Virus record (IMG/VR): IMGVR_UViG_3300046698_000515
Span: 1-64,000 of that record
DNA length: 64,000 bases
Direction: 5' to 3' (one strand)
Source: a virus
The position numbers and the translations under genes were made by a program. Positions 1 to 11,413 of this stretch are shown here, one piece after another. The notes beneath the pieces are model-generated. The model had not been told where the DNA came from. It saw nothing but the letters and a program-made list of their open reading frames with translations, and ran no database searches. The stretch's first letter is position 1. Every line of letters begins with the position of its first letter.

Positions 1-346
1 AAAACAGCAACGAAAGGGAAAGATACCGAGCGTGTAATTGGCGCTTCTATGTCCCTCCGAACGTAGAAGCGACACCGGCAGTTGCGGGTGCAGCGATTTG
101 TTCTGCCGCATCGTTGAACATCTGGGAAATCTTCAACACACTAAAAGCTGCCGAAATGTTCATAGCAATTCACAAGCCAACCCCGTATTCGGACGGCTGC
201 GAGTGTGGAGCGTGCAGAGTGACCCGCACGCTGAAAAACGTCCGCGAAGTAATGCGGCAGAACGCAAAATCAATAACCGCCGCCGTGGACTTTATCCGCA
301 AAAGTTCACAATTCCACGCTAACTGGAGCATGGAATTTCGCTCTGA

Positions 347-468
347 GCCTAACGCCGCGCTCTGCCAGCCCGCCGAGCGGGACGTGGAGCGCAAAACAAA
401 CACAAAATTATGAGCAAAGAATCGAACGTAAAGAAACCAGCGGGATTGGCAGCAGCAAGAGGTTCGGC
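347..468 (+). repeat. attC-like imperfect inverted repeat
   Basis: GCCTAAC (347-353) ... GTTCGGC (462-468) with inner arms CTGCCAGCCCGC / GCGGGATTGGCAG; a lone similar right end GTTCTGC at 100-106. Confidence 0.4.
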
Positions 469-871
469 GCAAAACGCGAGGAACATCCTCGAAATCACGC
501 CCGAAAAACGCACGCTCTATACGATGCCGCCGAAGGTCTATGACATCATCAATTCCGCGCTCGAACGTCGGGTCACTAAAAGCGTGGAACGTGCGCTCGC
601 GCTTCTACCAGGAGAATGGCGGAAAACCGTCACGAGTCGCGTGCTGCCAAAACGTGACGACAACATGAGAGGCATCCGGGCAACCTTCGTCGTCATAGAC
701 GAGGTCACGTCACTCACGGCTTCCGAAATGGCCGCACTCTTTGCGCCGATGGGCGAAAGGCTCTCGTTCACGGAATCGCTAACTTCCTCGACTGCGACTG
801 GGAATGTCTCGATTACAACACTGTGCAACGCAAGGCAGCGCACCACGCGCGAACAAAAGACCACACGGTAA
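410..871 (+). CDS. hypothetical protein with a Walker-B-like fragment (RGIRATFVVIDE)
   Basis: GC-rich ORF overlapping the upstream ORF 114-413 by ATGA. Confidence 0.5.
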   Translation: MSKESNVKKPAGLAAARGSAQNARNILEITPEKRTLYTMPPKVYDIINSALERRVTKSVERALALLPGEWRKTVTSRVLPKRDDNMRGIRATFVVIDEVTSLTASEMAALFAPMGERLSFTESLTSSTATGNVSITTLCNARQRTTREQKTTR

Positions 872-2192
872 GCGCTGTACTCGGATATGCGGTCACATAC
901 TACGGGCATCCGACAACGGTTTCGCCCAACAATATAATGTATGGGATTGTACAATAGATAAGATAAAGAAAGTATTTGGTCAAGATTGGAAGAATTACTC
1001 ATAGGAAATAATATGTTCTCAATAAAACAAAAACGTGATATAGCTGATGCAGTTCAGAAGATCCTGCGCAGTACTAACCATCCTGAACTACCTAAAGGAG
1101 AGATTAGTTTTTCTCTCCATGTAAACGGTGCAGCATTATGGTCATGGGCAAACATTCTTAACAATGGTGCGGTTATAGAACCAGATGTTAATCCTTGGAA
1201 TGAAGCACAAGATACCAAATAAAGGAATTAAAACAAAACAAACATTCAAAAACCACCATGCAATTGTGCTGATTGGGGAATGACAAGATGTTGCTCAACC
1301 TGCGATAGTAATAAAACATGGATGGATATAATCAAAGAACGAGACCAATTAAGGAGAGAGTTAAATATATTATTTGTATGAAAAGATAATCCTGTTAAGC
1401 GTACGAATAACAACGTTTGAATATAATCCTCGTTGAAATCTAATCAGTGCACGAGATGAGTGATATAGTGTATGAAAAACATAATAGATATTACGAGTAA
1501 GGAAGAGAGTAAACCTAATCAAGAATTAAGTGTTCTGTACAATATATTTCTTAAGCATGTAGAGGCTAAATATGGTAGTTTAACTGCTCATTTATGCAAA
1601 GAACAAATTGATGCTAATTTAAAAATAGGTCGAATAGTACCAGGTCTAAGAGTGCTTAGGTCTGTTTTAAAGTTGAAAGGATGGTAAGGATAGAGTCTCC
1701 GGTCAACTTATTAGTGGGTAGTGTCAGGCAAACAGATTTAGATGGATAGTAAATCTAACAGGATTAAAGATAGGAATAGTGAGTGAATTCTGCTGGTAAA
1801 ATTTATGTTAAGTCCTTCCTGTGACAAGTACTTCTGGATAGTTTCCAGTCGGGTTGGTTTGGCGCGAGTTCGTCCGGAAAAATTAGAATATGCCTGGAAA
1901 CTGATTATCCGTTCCCACTTCCCCTCTCACTTTTCACCCTCCCAGATCACTTATTTTTACCCGCACCAATTGCAAGCTCCTCACCTGCACCACCCGCGGG
2001 AACACACAGCATCTGTGGGAATTCCCCGTTCTGTGCTGGTTCCACTTAGTGTTCCGGAGAAATTAGTCATTAATCTCCCTCATTCACCTATAAAGCATCA
2101 TAAGCAAGAAAACTTAAGATTTTAGTTGACTGCAAACACAAAGCCTTTATATTGATTGTGTAGGCCAAATAAACATAATAAACAATGCAATA

Positions 2193-2567
2193 ATGAAAGT
2201 GAAACACAACATGAAAAATACAAAAGCAGTCAAAACAACCAAAACTCCTCGCACCCGCAAAACCAAACCCACCATCGTTCCTGCCCAGGAAAAGCTCATC
2301 ACCATTCCCGCACCGGTCACCCAAACCGTTCGAGGTAAGTGGAACGTCAGCAAGTTCCCGACCCATCGCTACAAACCAGCTGTGCGGGTAATCGACGAAA
2401 TCAAAACGCTCACTCACGGTGAGTTCAAGCAGCAAGTGCTCAACATCCCCGGCACCCGTTACGAGTTCAAAGGTATCAAGGCGTTCATCTTCACCGGTAG
2501 TTCGACTCGTCCGCGAATCATTACCTGGAGCCAAATCATACCTACACTATCAGCCGTACCAGTTTAA
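2193..2567 (+). CDS. basic hypothetical early protein
   Basis: ORF downstream of a TTGACT-N17-TATATT promoter-like motif. Confidence 0.65.
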   Translation: MKVKHNMKNTKAVKTTKTPRTRKTKPTIVPAQEKLITIPAPVTQTVRGKWNVSKFPTHRYKPAVRVIDEIKTLTHGEFKQQVLNIPGTRYEFKGIKAFIFTGSSTRPRIITWSQIIPTLSAVPV

Positions 2568-2606
2568 TTAGCTATATTAATATAACAAAAATAGGAGCTT
2601 AATAAT

Positions 2607-3035
2607 ATGAAAAACTTAAACAAAGCCTGTAAGCTGTTACTGGAACTGGCAGATGAGTTGGATATTACCAGTTCGAGTGAATATGTTGATAATGTTACTA
2701 ACGGACAATTTGGTAGTATGATTCGTGAAATTGTCAAATTAGCACGGAAGGGAGCAAAGGCTATTCCGCAACCATCATTCAAAATCCCATCTTGTGCAGT
2801 CTTTAATACGGTTTGGTATTGTGCTCTTACTGTGAAAGGGAAAAAGTTAGTGCGAAATGCTTTAACTCACTTGTACTCAACGTATGGTGATGACAATCAA
2901 CAAGACACATACCTTGTTCCTCGTGAGGAATTGAAACACCAACTTGATGAGCTTGATGGGAAGAGTAAATTACTACTCGAAGAGCTCTTTCGTTACATGG
3001 AAGATCGCAATATCGACCTAATCATTTACACATAA
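2607..3035 (+). CDS. hypothetical protein
   Basis: ORF with AGGAG upstream of the ATG. Confidence 0.7.
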   Translation: MKNLNKACKLLLELADELDITSSSEYVDNVTNGQFGSMIREIVKLARKGAKAIPQPSFKIPSCAVFNTVWYCALTVKGKKLVRNALTHLYSTYGDDNQQDTYLVPREELKHQLDELDGKSKLLLEELFRYMEDRNIDLIIYT

Positions 3036-3112
3036 TCTAGTTGACTAATCAATCGAAAGCATCTATACTATAGATAGTCAATAAAAAGAAACAAAGAAAG
3101 GTAACACAACGT

Positions 3113-4171
3113 ATGAAGTTAGAACACATTAAAAAGACTAAAATGCAGAAGATAGGAGGGATTAAAATTCCTGACATCTTCAATCGCAGAATCCGTTCCG
3201 GGATTCAGAAGATGGATGAGCTATTTGGAGGACCGGTTAATTCAGGGATACTTCCCGGCTCATCATTCACCATCACCGGCGTAGGTGGCTGTGGTAAAAG
3301 CTGCTTAATGCTCCAGTGGATGGATGCACTCACCAAACAAGGTTACGCTTGTGGAGTTGCTTCTGGTGAAGAGTCAATCTATCAACTCGCTTACACTGCA
3401 AAGCGCTTAGGAGTTACCGATGTAATGGTAGCAAATGTAAATGATATTGACATAATTGCGGAGCTCACAAAGACATATGACGTAATAGTCGTTGATAGCT
3501 TTCAATCAATGCACCCTTCAGAAGCACGTGAGAAGAAAGGTATCAAAGGTGCTCGTAAAGTGGAAAAGTATTGCGTTGAGACCATATGTGCTGCAGGAAA
3601 ACAAAATGAATGTGTGGTTGGGTTTGTAATGCATCACACCAAAGCAGGAATGATAAAGTGTGGTACGCTAGTCATTCATACTACCGATGCCAACTTCGAA
3701 ATCTGGGCACCTGAACCTGATAATCCCACTCGTTGGGTTGAGACCTCATTGAAGAATCGATTCGGACCTCCAGGGAAGTTTAGTGTAGCATTCACTCCTA
3801 CGGGATATGACTTCTCCATCGATGCTGTGGAGACGGAAGACGATGAGCGTAAGAGAATGACATCGGGATTGGTAGCTGGTGGTGCAGGAGCATTCAGTGG
3901 TAAAGGTGCTCGGCGCCGGGAAGAGATTGAGAAGCTTCTCACGCATGAAACATTAACTCTTGCGGAAGGTGCTGACATCATCGGAGATTGTCAACGTGCT
4001 AGGTTTCTCCTTTCCGACTTACACCTACAAAAATTGTTTAAGAAAGAAGGGCGGGGTGAGAATGCTACATTTACCCGCACACCAGCTGGTACTGCGAAGT
4101 TTAATACACAACCTAAACAATTAACAATTGCCTCAACTACCAAAGTGGAAGAGGTGGAAACAGAGAGCTGA
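3113..4171 (+). CDS. RadA/Sms-like RecA-superfamily ATPase
   Basis: Walker A GVGGCGKS, SGEES, Walker B IVVDSFQ and KNRFG motif; no Lon-like C-terminal domain evident. Confidence 0.85.
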   Translation: MKLEHIKKTKMQKIGGIKIPDIFNRRIRSGIQKMDELFGGPVNSGILPGSSFTITGVGGCGKSCLMLQWMDALTKQGYACGVASGEESIYQLAYTAKRLGVTDVMVANVNDIDIIAELTKTYDVIVVDSFQSMHPSEAREKKGIKGARKVEKYCVETICAAGKQNECVVGFVMHHTKAGMIKCGTLVIHTTDANFEIWAPEPDNPTRWVETSLKNRFGPPGKFSVAFTPTGYDFSIDAVETEDDERKRMTSGLVAGGAGAFSGKGARRREEIEKLLTHETLTLAEGADIIGDCQRARFLLSDLHLQKLFKKEGRGENATFTRTPAGTAKFNTQPKQLTIASTTKVEEVETES

Positions 4172-4179
4172 AAAGCTCC

Positions 4180-4223
4180 CTCCTTACCTGCCCGCTGTTG
4201 TGTCGGGTGGGTAAGGAGATTTT
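4180..4223 (+). terminator. intrinsic terminator-like hairpin
   Basis: CTCCTTACCTGCCCG / CGGGTGGGTAAGGAG followed by ATTTT. Confidence 0.6.
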
Positions 4224-4757
4224 AGAAAGATAAAAAATTATGAGACTAATTCTAAACAAAATGAGACAACGTATACCGGAAATTGAAAAGATATCACACG
4301 ATTGTTATTCACTCGTAGTCGGTGAACGGCTTTACGTTACTTACCTTAACCGAAACTAACTATATGCAAACTACAAAATCAAATCCAACCAAAATCATAA
4401 TAACATTTCCTGGTGACAAAAGTGTCGGTATACCTCAATGTGAAGCAGTTGTTCAATTTAACTTTGACATTCTAGATGACTCACCTGGTGTTCGTGAGAA
4501 GGTTCGTGCGGAGATGGCAAATCTCTTTGAACCCTACAGTGAATGTGGTGAACTAGGAGTACGTTTCGTAGATGAATGCCCCGACTGTGGACAGATAATG
4601 GACTGGAGTGTACCAGTTGGTAAACCAGAACAATACAGATGCAATAATAATAACTGCATAAGTAATCACCCAGGAGATAGCGGAAACAAACCCGCACAAA
4701 GTTAATCGTTGCACAAAACTAATAAACTTGTTACAATTATAATAAAGGATTATATAT

Positions 4758-5321
4758 ATGAAACGTAATACAAAACCAACTCCGGAACAGACGTTAGTGA
4801 ATGCGGCTATCAAATGGTACCAATTTGATTATTGTGAGAATGATGATGGTACTTTTCTTAAAGCTGTCAGACACTTTCGTAGCATTGAACAACAACGCGC
4901 TCGTCGGTATGGAAATGAATGGTGTAGTACAGGCATCACTAACTATGGCAAGCTCACTGGTGAGGAGGAAAATGTACTAGATTGTTGTTGTGATTGGTAC
5001 AAAGCAAATCGAAATGGTAGTATACTAACAGTCGGTAAAGTGACATCACACTTAACAAAGAGCATTGAGCGATTGATTGCGCACCAGAAGAAAGTCAAAC
5101 AAGATGCTATCGTTGGTAATTACATATTTGATAAACGTGACGGAATGGAAGATATGGTACGCTGGTTTGGTAAGATGGCTCGGAGGGGAGCAAAGTACTT
5201 TGTGAGCTGTTACAGTGGCTGTGACTGTTATGAGTTCATTCTCGCATCCCGGTCCCCTATCACCAAGCGTGATGTGCAACGGGAATGTAATCACATGTGG
5301 GATGAGGAACTGCATAAGTAG
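4758..5321 (+). CDS. hypothetical protein
   Basis: 187-aa ORF with AAGGA and a promoter-like motif upstream. Confidence 0.7.
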   Translation: MKRNTKPTPEQTLVNAAIKWYQFDYCENDDGTFLKAVRHFRSIEQQRARRYGNEWCSTGITNYGKLTGEEENVLDCCCDWYKANRNGSILTVGKVTSHLTKSIERLIAHQKKVKQDAIVGNYIFDKRDGMEDMVRWFGKMARRGAKYFVSCYSGCDCYEFILASRSPITKRDVQRECNHMWDEELHK

Positions 5322-5519
5322 AAAGCTAATTCACACCATTAACATTCCTGGGAGCTTATAGTAGTTCCCAGGAAAACTTATCATAAAAGAAACTAATAAC
5401 AGACGACATTTTATGCTACAACTCTTATTAAAATAATTGTTGACTAATTCTTAATAGCGATTATATTTAATTTGTTAAGAGAAGTTATACAGTAAACAAA
5501 ATAACAAAAGGTAAACAAA

Positions 5520-5885
5520 ATGAAATCGAAAACAACAAAAACCAACAAAGCGCAAAAGAGTTCCTTGCGCAACAAGAATGAACAAACCGTACTCGCCAAA
5601 TTGGGATTGGTGAAAAATGCTCTCGCGGGAAAGTTGAACGCCCAAGACCATATCGCAATTGCGAAGGCTGCTCGCGCCGCTTCCCAATTGCTCCGCAAGA
5701 GCGACCCCAGCAAGGCTTCCGACCTCTATTATGTGTTTTACAAACATACCAAGCTGGTTGGGAAGCCGTTGGAAATCGCTCGCCTCTCCCGCAAAGCGCC
5801 CGCGAAGGTAAAAGCGGTTCGCAAACATGCCGCTCCCAAGACCGCGCCCGCCGTTCCCGTTACTGCCGAAGCAGTTGCCGCGTAA
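5520..5885 (+). CDS. Lys/Ala-rich basic protein, possibly DNA-binding
   Basis: K/A/P-rich composition; own promoter-like motif and terminator. Confidence 0.65.
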   Translation: MKSKTTKTNKAQKSSLRNKNEQTVLAKLGLVKNALAGKLNAQDHIAIAKAARAASQLLRKSDPSKASDLYYVFYKHTKLVGKPLEIARLSRKAPAKVKAVRKHAAPKTAPAVPVTAEAVAA

Positions 5886-5900
5886 GGGGGAAGGGAATCT

Positions 5901-5933
5901 AATACCCGTAATGAGAAATCGTTACGGGTATTT
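5901..5933 (+). terminator. intrinsic terminator-like hairpin
   Basis: AATACCCGTAATGA / TCGTTACGGGTATT followed by T. Confidence 0.65.
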
Positions 5934-6216
5934 AATTGTAGGGATTGGATGATAAGGTGAGCTAATCTAGACTGTGAGAGGGATAAGGGAAGTACTTCTA
6001 ATGCTACTGGTGGGAGAGATTAGGGCGGGTAATATACACTTAAGGGTATCAAAATTGGTTGTGAGAAAAACGCGGGAAAAAAAGTGCGAAAGGTCGCATG
6101 GGCCAACTTTTTAGCTAAAAATACAAAATACCTAGATAAGAAAAAATTTTTTAGTAAAACCTCTTAAAACTTTATATTACTACCAAATTCTCATACGGTA
6201 ATGATTAAATAATTAT

Positions 6217-6828
6217 GTGGAAATTACCTGTAGAAAATGCAAACAACTTAGAGAAACAATTCAATTTTATCCTTACCAACTTAAAACAAAATATCCTATT
6301 TGTAAAGAATGTTGTAAGAAAACAATAACTTATAAACATAAACGATCACCATACTATAAACCAATCTTAAAAGATGGAATTTGGTATAAAGTATGCCGAA
6401 ACTGTAAACAATTAAAACCTCTTTCAAAAAGGTATTACAAATGTGCACTATGTGATGATTGTTATAAAACCGCTAATTATTCTGCAAATGTTGCTTACAG
6501 AAAACGCCATATACATGTTTATATTAAAGAAAGAATACGTTCTGGTATTCTTGGTATATTAAAGAGACATAAAACTTATAAAAAAGGAAAAACACAAGAA
6601 TTATTAGGATGTGATGGTAAAATGTTGCAACAACACTTAGAATCAAAATTTCAATCAGGAATGACATGGGATAACCATGGTCAATTTGGTTGGCATGTAG
6701 ACCACATTAAACCTTGTGCTAGCTTTGATCTTACTCAATTAGAAGAACAAAAGAAGTGTTTTCATTATACAAATCTTCAACCTTTGTGGTGGCAAGATAA
6801 TTTAGCAAAAGCTGACAAAATTTTATAA
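6217..6828 (+). CDS. HNH homing endonuclease
   Basis: GMTWDNHG..WHVDHIKPC..HYTNLQPLW..N, N-terminal CxxC pairs; TAAATA late-type motif upstream. Confidence 0.85.
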   Translation: MEITCRKCKQLRETIQFYPYQLKTKYPICKECCKKTITYKHKRSPYYKPILKDGIWYKVCRNCKQLKPLSKRYYKCALCDDCYKTANYSANVAYRKRHIHVYIKERIRSGILGILKRHKTYKKGKTQELLGCDGKMLQQHLESKFQSGMTWDNHGQFGWHVDHIKPCASFDLTQLEEQKKCFHYTNLQPLWWQDNLAKADKIL

Positions 6829-6892
6829 TTTTTTTTGCAAAATTCTGCTGAAATCTCTATAAAGTGCTTGATTTTATCGTGTGTTCATAATA

Positions 6893-6991
6893 CAATTCAA
6901 TCATGGATAAAGATAAAATATACTACAATTCAATCATAGATAAAGTTAAAATATACTTCAATTCAATCATGGATAAAGATAAAATATACTT
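6893..6991 (+). repeat. 3 x 33-bp tandem repeat over the start of ORF 6903-7154
   Basis: Unit CAATTCAATCATGGATAAAGATAAAATATACTA with minor variants. Confidence 0.9.
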
Positions 6992-7150
6992 AGGTGATTC
7001 TGTCTATGCAGAACTAGATGATGGAATGATTAAACTCACTACTAACAATGGATTTCCTGATGATCCACGTAATATAATTTACATGGAAGAAAATATTTTT
7101 AATAATTTAGTAAATTGGGTTAAAAAATTGCAAAATTATGATCATACTAT

Positions 7151-7441
7151 ATGAAAAGAGTTGCTATTACTGGTTTTAACGGCTCTATTGGAAAAGAAAT
7201 TTGTGAAGGTGATATTTTAAGTTGGGAAGAAGACGAAAAGAAACGCCGACGTTGGCGGAGAAACGGTGATGGCCAGGGTGATTTAGCTATTGTTGAATGG
7301 TATTCTCATAAAAATACCTGGATTGGTTCTATTGCATCTCGTTACGGTGGAGGGGGATGTGAAAAACTAACAGCAGATAACTATAAAAATGATTGGATTA
7401 TTTTAGGAAACATTTTTGAAAATCCAAAGTTATTAAAATGA
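7151..7441 (+). CDS. YopX-family protein
   Basis: TG..GKEICEGDIL ... IILGNIFENPKLL. Confidence 0.8.
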   Translation: MKRVAITGFNGSIGKEICEGDILSWEEDEKKRRRWRRNGDGQGDLAIVEWYSHKNTWIGSIASRYGGGGCEKLTADNYKNDWIILGNIFENPKLLK

Positions 7442-7804
7442 ATATTCCTTTTGGTCATCCATACTATAAATTAGAAAAAAGTCGATTTACTACAATTCGT
7501 GGTAAGAGTTGGATGAAGAAGCTTAAAATTGGTGATGAGGTTACTATTTCTACTCTTAATGGAAAATTTCTTGCACATGTAGAATTTTTACAAGTTTCTC
7601 GTATTGTTGATTTATCTCTTGAGATGCTTAAAATGGATGCTGAATATCCTGGATTAGTAATTAATACAAAAACTGATTTTGTTAATCTGATAAATTCACT
7701 TCGATCATATTATATGCCTGTAGCAACACTTGAATCACAAGTTACTGTTATTACTCTTCTTCGTGTGCCAGAATAATTTTGTTATTGATTTAAATTTGTT
7801 TGGT

Positions 7805-7912
7805 CATTATATTCTGATTATGAATAATAAACCTTTACTTACTATTAAACCTTGGGCACATTATATTCTGATTATGAATAATAAACCTTTACTTACTATT
7901 AAACCTTGGGCA
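7805..7912 (+). repeat. 2 x 54-bp perfect tandem duplication
   Basis: CATTATATTCTGATTATG...CCTTGGGCA repeated. Confidence 0.9.
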
Positions 7913-9970
7913 ATATATTTTCTAATAATATTAACGATATTTATGGTATTATTTGCAATAGATATTGTAGATATTGGAGCAAATAGGTTAACACAGACAG
8001 TGGAAAAGAATCCACCTTATCGGTTAATTACTGATGGTTCACAATATGAAATTCAAGAGAGAACTTTTTTTTGGTATTCTAATTTTACTCCAGCTGGTTG
8101 GAACAAAACTAATGCTTTAGCACGATTAAAAGAATTAAATGATGAAAATTATAGACGAAATCATCCTTTAGCTTGGACTGTAGTAACTAATATCCCTTAA
8201 TAGAACATAGTTTCTTGTGTACAATACTACTCAAATAACTGTTTTTGCTTGCATATAATGAATATATCGTTTATTGTGTGTATTATATGAAAATCCTTGA
8301 TTTTTTTAAAAGCTTGTTTCAGGCTAAATCTCATCATAATTTAGGTGATCATTTAATTGGAAAGTGTTCTTGTAGTAAGTTAAATAGTAATTGGGATAAA
8401 TTATTTGTACCTAAAGATAAATTGTTTTCTGTCGATGTATCTGTAAATGAAATAAAAAGAAAGATTTGTAGTTGTGGAGGTGAGATTATTACTACTGGAA
8501 AAGGAATTAAACGCCAAGTATGTTCTGAATGTGGTAAACTTTATCATGACTTTATATATGAAAAAGAAAATATTTAAATGGAGTATACTATTACCATTAA
8601 TACTTTTAACATTTATTATGGCATTACCATACTTAATAGTAGAAATGGTAAAAGAAATAATAAATTATTCTTTATGGGTAAAAAATAAAGCAGAACAAAT
8701 TACTGAATGGTGGTATGAATTATGAAATATAAATTAAGAGAATTTTATTATAACATTAGAGATTTTTTCAATCCACGACAAAAATGGTTAACTCAAAAAA
8801 TTCCTAATCATTGGATTGATAAAGATACTCTTTGGGAAATTTGTATTTTTGAGGGAATTAAACATTACGTTGAAAAGGATGGTGGATTAGGTCACGAGGT
8901 TGGTGATTATGAATCAAGTCAAAATGATCCTACTTTTCCTGAATGGCAAAAAAAGTTTAATAGAGAAGTTAAACAGAACTATGAACTAATAACACAACGC
9001 TTACCTGCTTTGGAAAAGGATTTTGAAGAAGCATGGAAAAAGATACCTCATTTTGAAATTGGTGAAGTTGGAAAGATTGATTATGAAAAGGTGTACGGTG
9101 AAGTTAATCGATTGGAAGAGCAAATTCATAGTCTAAAAACCAGTATAATGTTTTGGGTAATATTTAACCGCAATTCAATATGGACTTAGAAATTTCAGAG
9201 AGATCAACAGAAAAGGATAAGCAAGGATTCTATCTTCCAAAGGATATAGATACTGTAACTGATGGATATGCTTTTTGGAGTAGTTGGTGTCCTCAATGCG
9301 GTTATAAAACTATTGAAATTGTAAGACCAGGAAAAGTTCAATGCAGTAATTGTGAATGATAAAGGATATTTTTATGGATGCAGAACAGCAGTTAATTGAC
9401 TTAAGAGTTCAAAACGCACTTTTAACAGAAATTATTAAAATACAAAATTTAAAGGACAATCCTTTCCATGTTAAAATTGGAGAATTAACTAATGAAAATC
9501 GAAAGCTAAAAAATTTAAATCAACATATTCTTATAAAGGTTGACATGTTAGAAACACAATTAGAAAATGTTTCAACTATATTGAGAAATGCCCCTATAGT
9601 CATTTGGGCTGAATCTGCTTTTGAATTTAGGGAGAGATATAAAGAGTGGTTTAAGTCTGTAAATAATATTTTACTTGATTTAAAAATTATTTGAGATATC
9701 ATTTATACATTATGAAAATATTCTTATTTGTTCTTGGTGTTCTCCTTATTCTAGGAGGAATCTTTGTTGGCCTCTATTTAGGGATTTGGGTTATGTTTAT
9801 AGGTGGAATCGTTGCTCTTATAACAGACATAAAGGCAGCAAATATTATTCCACTACATATTGCAATTGATATTGCTCGTATTGTTTGTGCATCTGCTGTT
9901 GGTGCGTTTAGTTGGATGATATGTTTTACACTTGGAATGGGCTCAATTGCAATTGCTGCGAAACCTTAAT

Positions 9971-10708
9971 ATGAAAAACGTTTTTGTTATTCCAGTTCAT
10001 AGTTTTGTTGATTTAATTACAAATAGTTCTTCTGAATTATTTGTTTGTAATGGTAATAAATCTATTGAAGCAATTAAAGAAGTTCTCATACAACTTACTA
10101 AGAATCATAATGAGCTTTCTGAAGATAAAATAAATCTTGATATTTTGTTTACTTCAGTGTTTAAAGAGCCGGAAATTGTAGAATATTCTTTTGATTATTA
10201 TTTGTTTCCTCAAAATCTTCGAGATGAGTATGAAAAATATCATCATGTTCCAGGAGAATATAATTCGTTTTTTCCATATGAAGAAAGACAAGAGTACAAA
10301 GATTTAGAGTTTGCAGAACAGCAAATGGAACTTGAAGTAAATATTCATGAAAAGGATTTATACAAAACAAATAAAATAGAGTATGAACGAAGATGGAATA
10401 TAGTTTTTGAGAAACGTGATGAAATCTGGAAAGAGTGGAACCGAAAAAAATGTGCTTCCGTTTTTGAATTATATAAACATTTTCTTATTAGTAATAATTT
10501 ACCTGAATGGAAAGAAAAAGAATTTAATTTAAACAAATTATATGCAAATAAGAAAGAGTATAATTTCTTTCGCACCTGCTTAAGTTGGGGTATTAGTTGT
10601 AAGAAAGGAGATATCTTTCTTTACTCAGCAATCTATAATACTATTCCATATGAAATGATGGAAGCTATAACAGCATATTTAAATGCTCAAAGATTACATT
10701 TAGGATAA
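9971..10708 (+). CDS. ITNSS-motif protein, paralog 1
   Basis: N-terminus IPVHSFVDLITNSSSELFV; start moved to ATG 9971 by alignment with the paralogs. Confidence 0.8.
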   Translation: MKNVFVIPVHSFVDLITNSSSELFVCNGNKSIEAIKEVLIQLTKNHNELSEDKINLDILFTSVFKEPEIVEYSFDYYLFPQNLRDEYEKYHHVPGEYNSFFPYEERQEYKDLEFAEQQMELEVNIHEKDLYKTNKIEYERRWNIVFEKRDEIWKEWNRKKCASVFELYKHFLISNNLPEWKEKEFNLNKLYANKKEYNFFRTCLSWGISCKKGDIFLYSAIYNTIPYEMMEAITAYLNAQRLHLG

Positions 10709-10711
10709 TTT

Positions 10712-11035
10712 ATGACAAAAAAATACATAATAAAAATACACTCGTTCGTTGATTTAATCACGAATTCATCAACTGAAATCTATGTTGCAGCAGGTGAACA
10801 TACCGTTAAAGCTGTAAAGGAGATTATTAACAATATCCTTCTAATTGGAGGTAGTAAACTTATTGCTGACGATTTGTTTGAAATTTCTCTCAGTAATAGT
10901 GATGTTGGTGAATATTCATCAGTGGAATTAAATGTTAAAGCAAAAGATCAAAAATCTCCTGATGCCCTTACAGCAGCTAAACTATTAAGTGACTTAACTG
11001 GCTTATTTTCCATTGAAGCACAATATAATGGCTAA
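10712..11035 (+). CDS. ITNSS-motif protein, paralog 2
   Basis: IKIHSFVDLITNSSTEIYV. Confidence 0.8.
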   Translation: MTKKYIIKIHSFVDLITNSSTEIYVAAGEHTVKAVKEIINNILLIGGSKLIADDLFEISLSNSDVGEYSSVELNVKAKDQKSPDALTAAKLLSDLTGLFSIEAQYNG

Positions 11036-11038
11036 TTT

Positions 11039-11407
11039 ATGAAACAATATATTATTCCAGTCCATTCGTTTGTTGACCTAATTACTAACTCATCAACAGA
11101 AATCTATGTTTCACCTACAAATAAAACTGTAACTACATTAAAAGAAATAATTAATGAGATTCTTAGAATAGGTGGAAGTAAACAAACTTGTGATGATTTA
11201 GTTAATATCTCTCTTGAACAAGTCTGTGATTGTGCTGAATATCTAGAAGGTGAAGATCTTGAAGAACACAATCCAAAAACATGTGATTGTGCGAAGACAA
11301 ATCTAGTTATAACTGCTAAAGGTGAAGATAAAAAAGAATATAAAAAGTTAATAACAGCACTAAGTAAACTTATCAGTACTATTGAGTATGGTGAAAAAAT
11401 AAATTGA
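11039..11407 (+). CDS. ITNSS-motif protein, paralog 3
   Basis: IPVHSFVDLITNSSTEIYV; two CDCA motifs. Confidence 0.8.
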   Translation: MKQYIIPVHSFVDLITNSSTEIYVSPTNKTVTTLKEIINEILRIGGSKQTCDDLVNISLEQVCDCAEYLEGEDLEEHNPKTCDCAKTNLVITAKGEDKKEYKKLITALSKLISTIEYGEKIN

Positions 11408-11413
11408 TATTTT

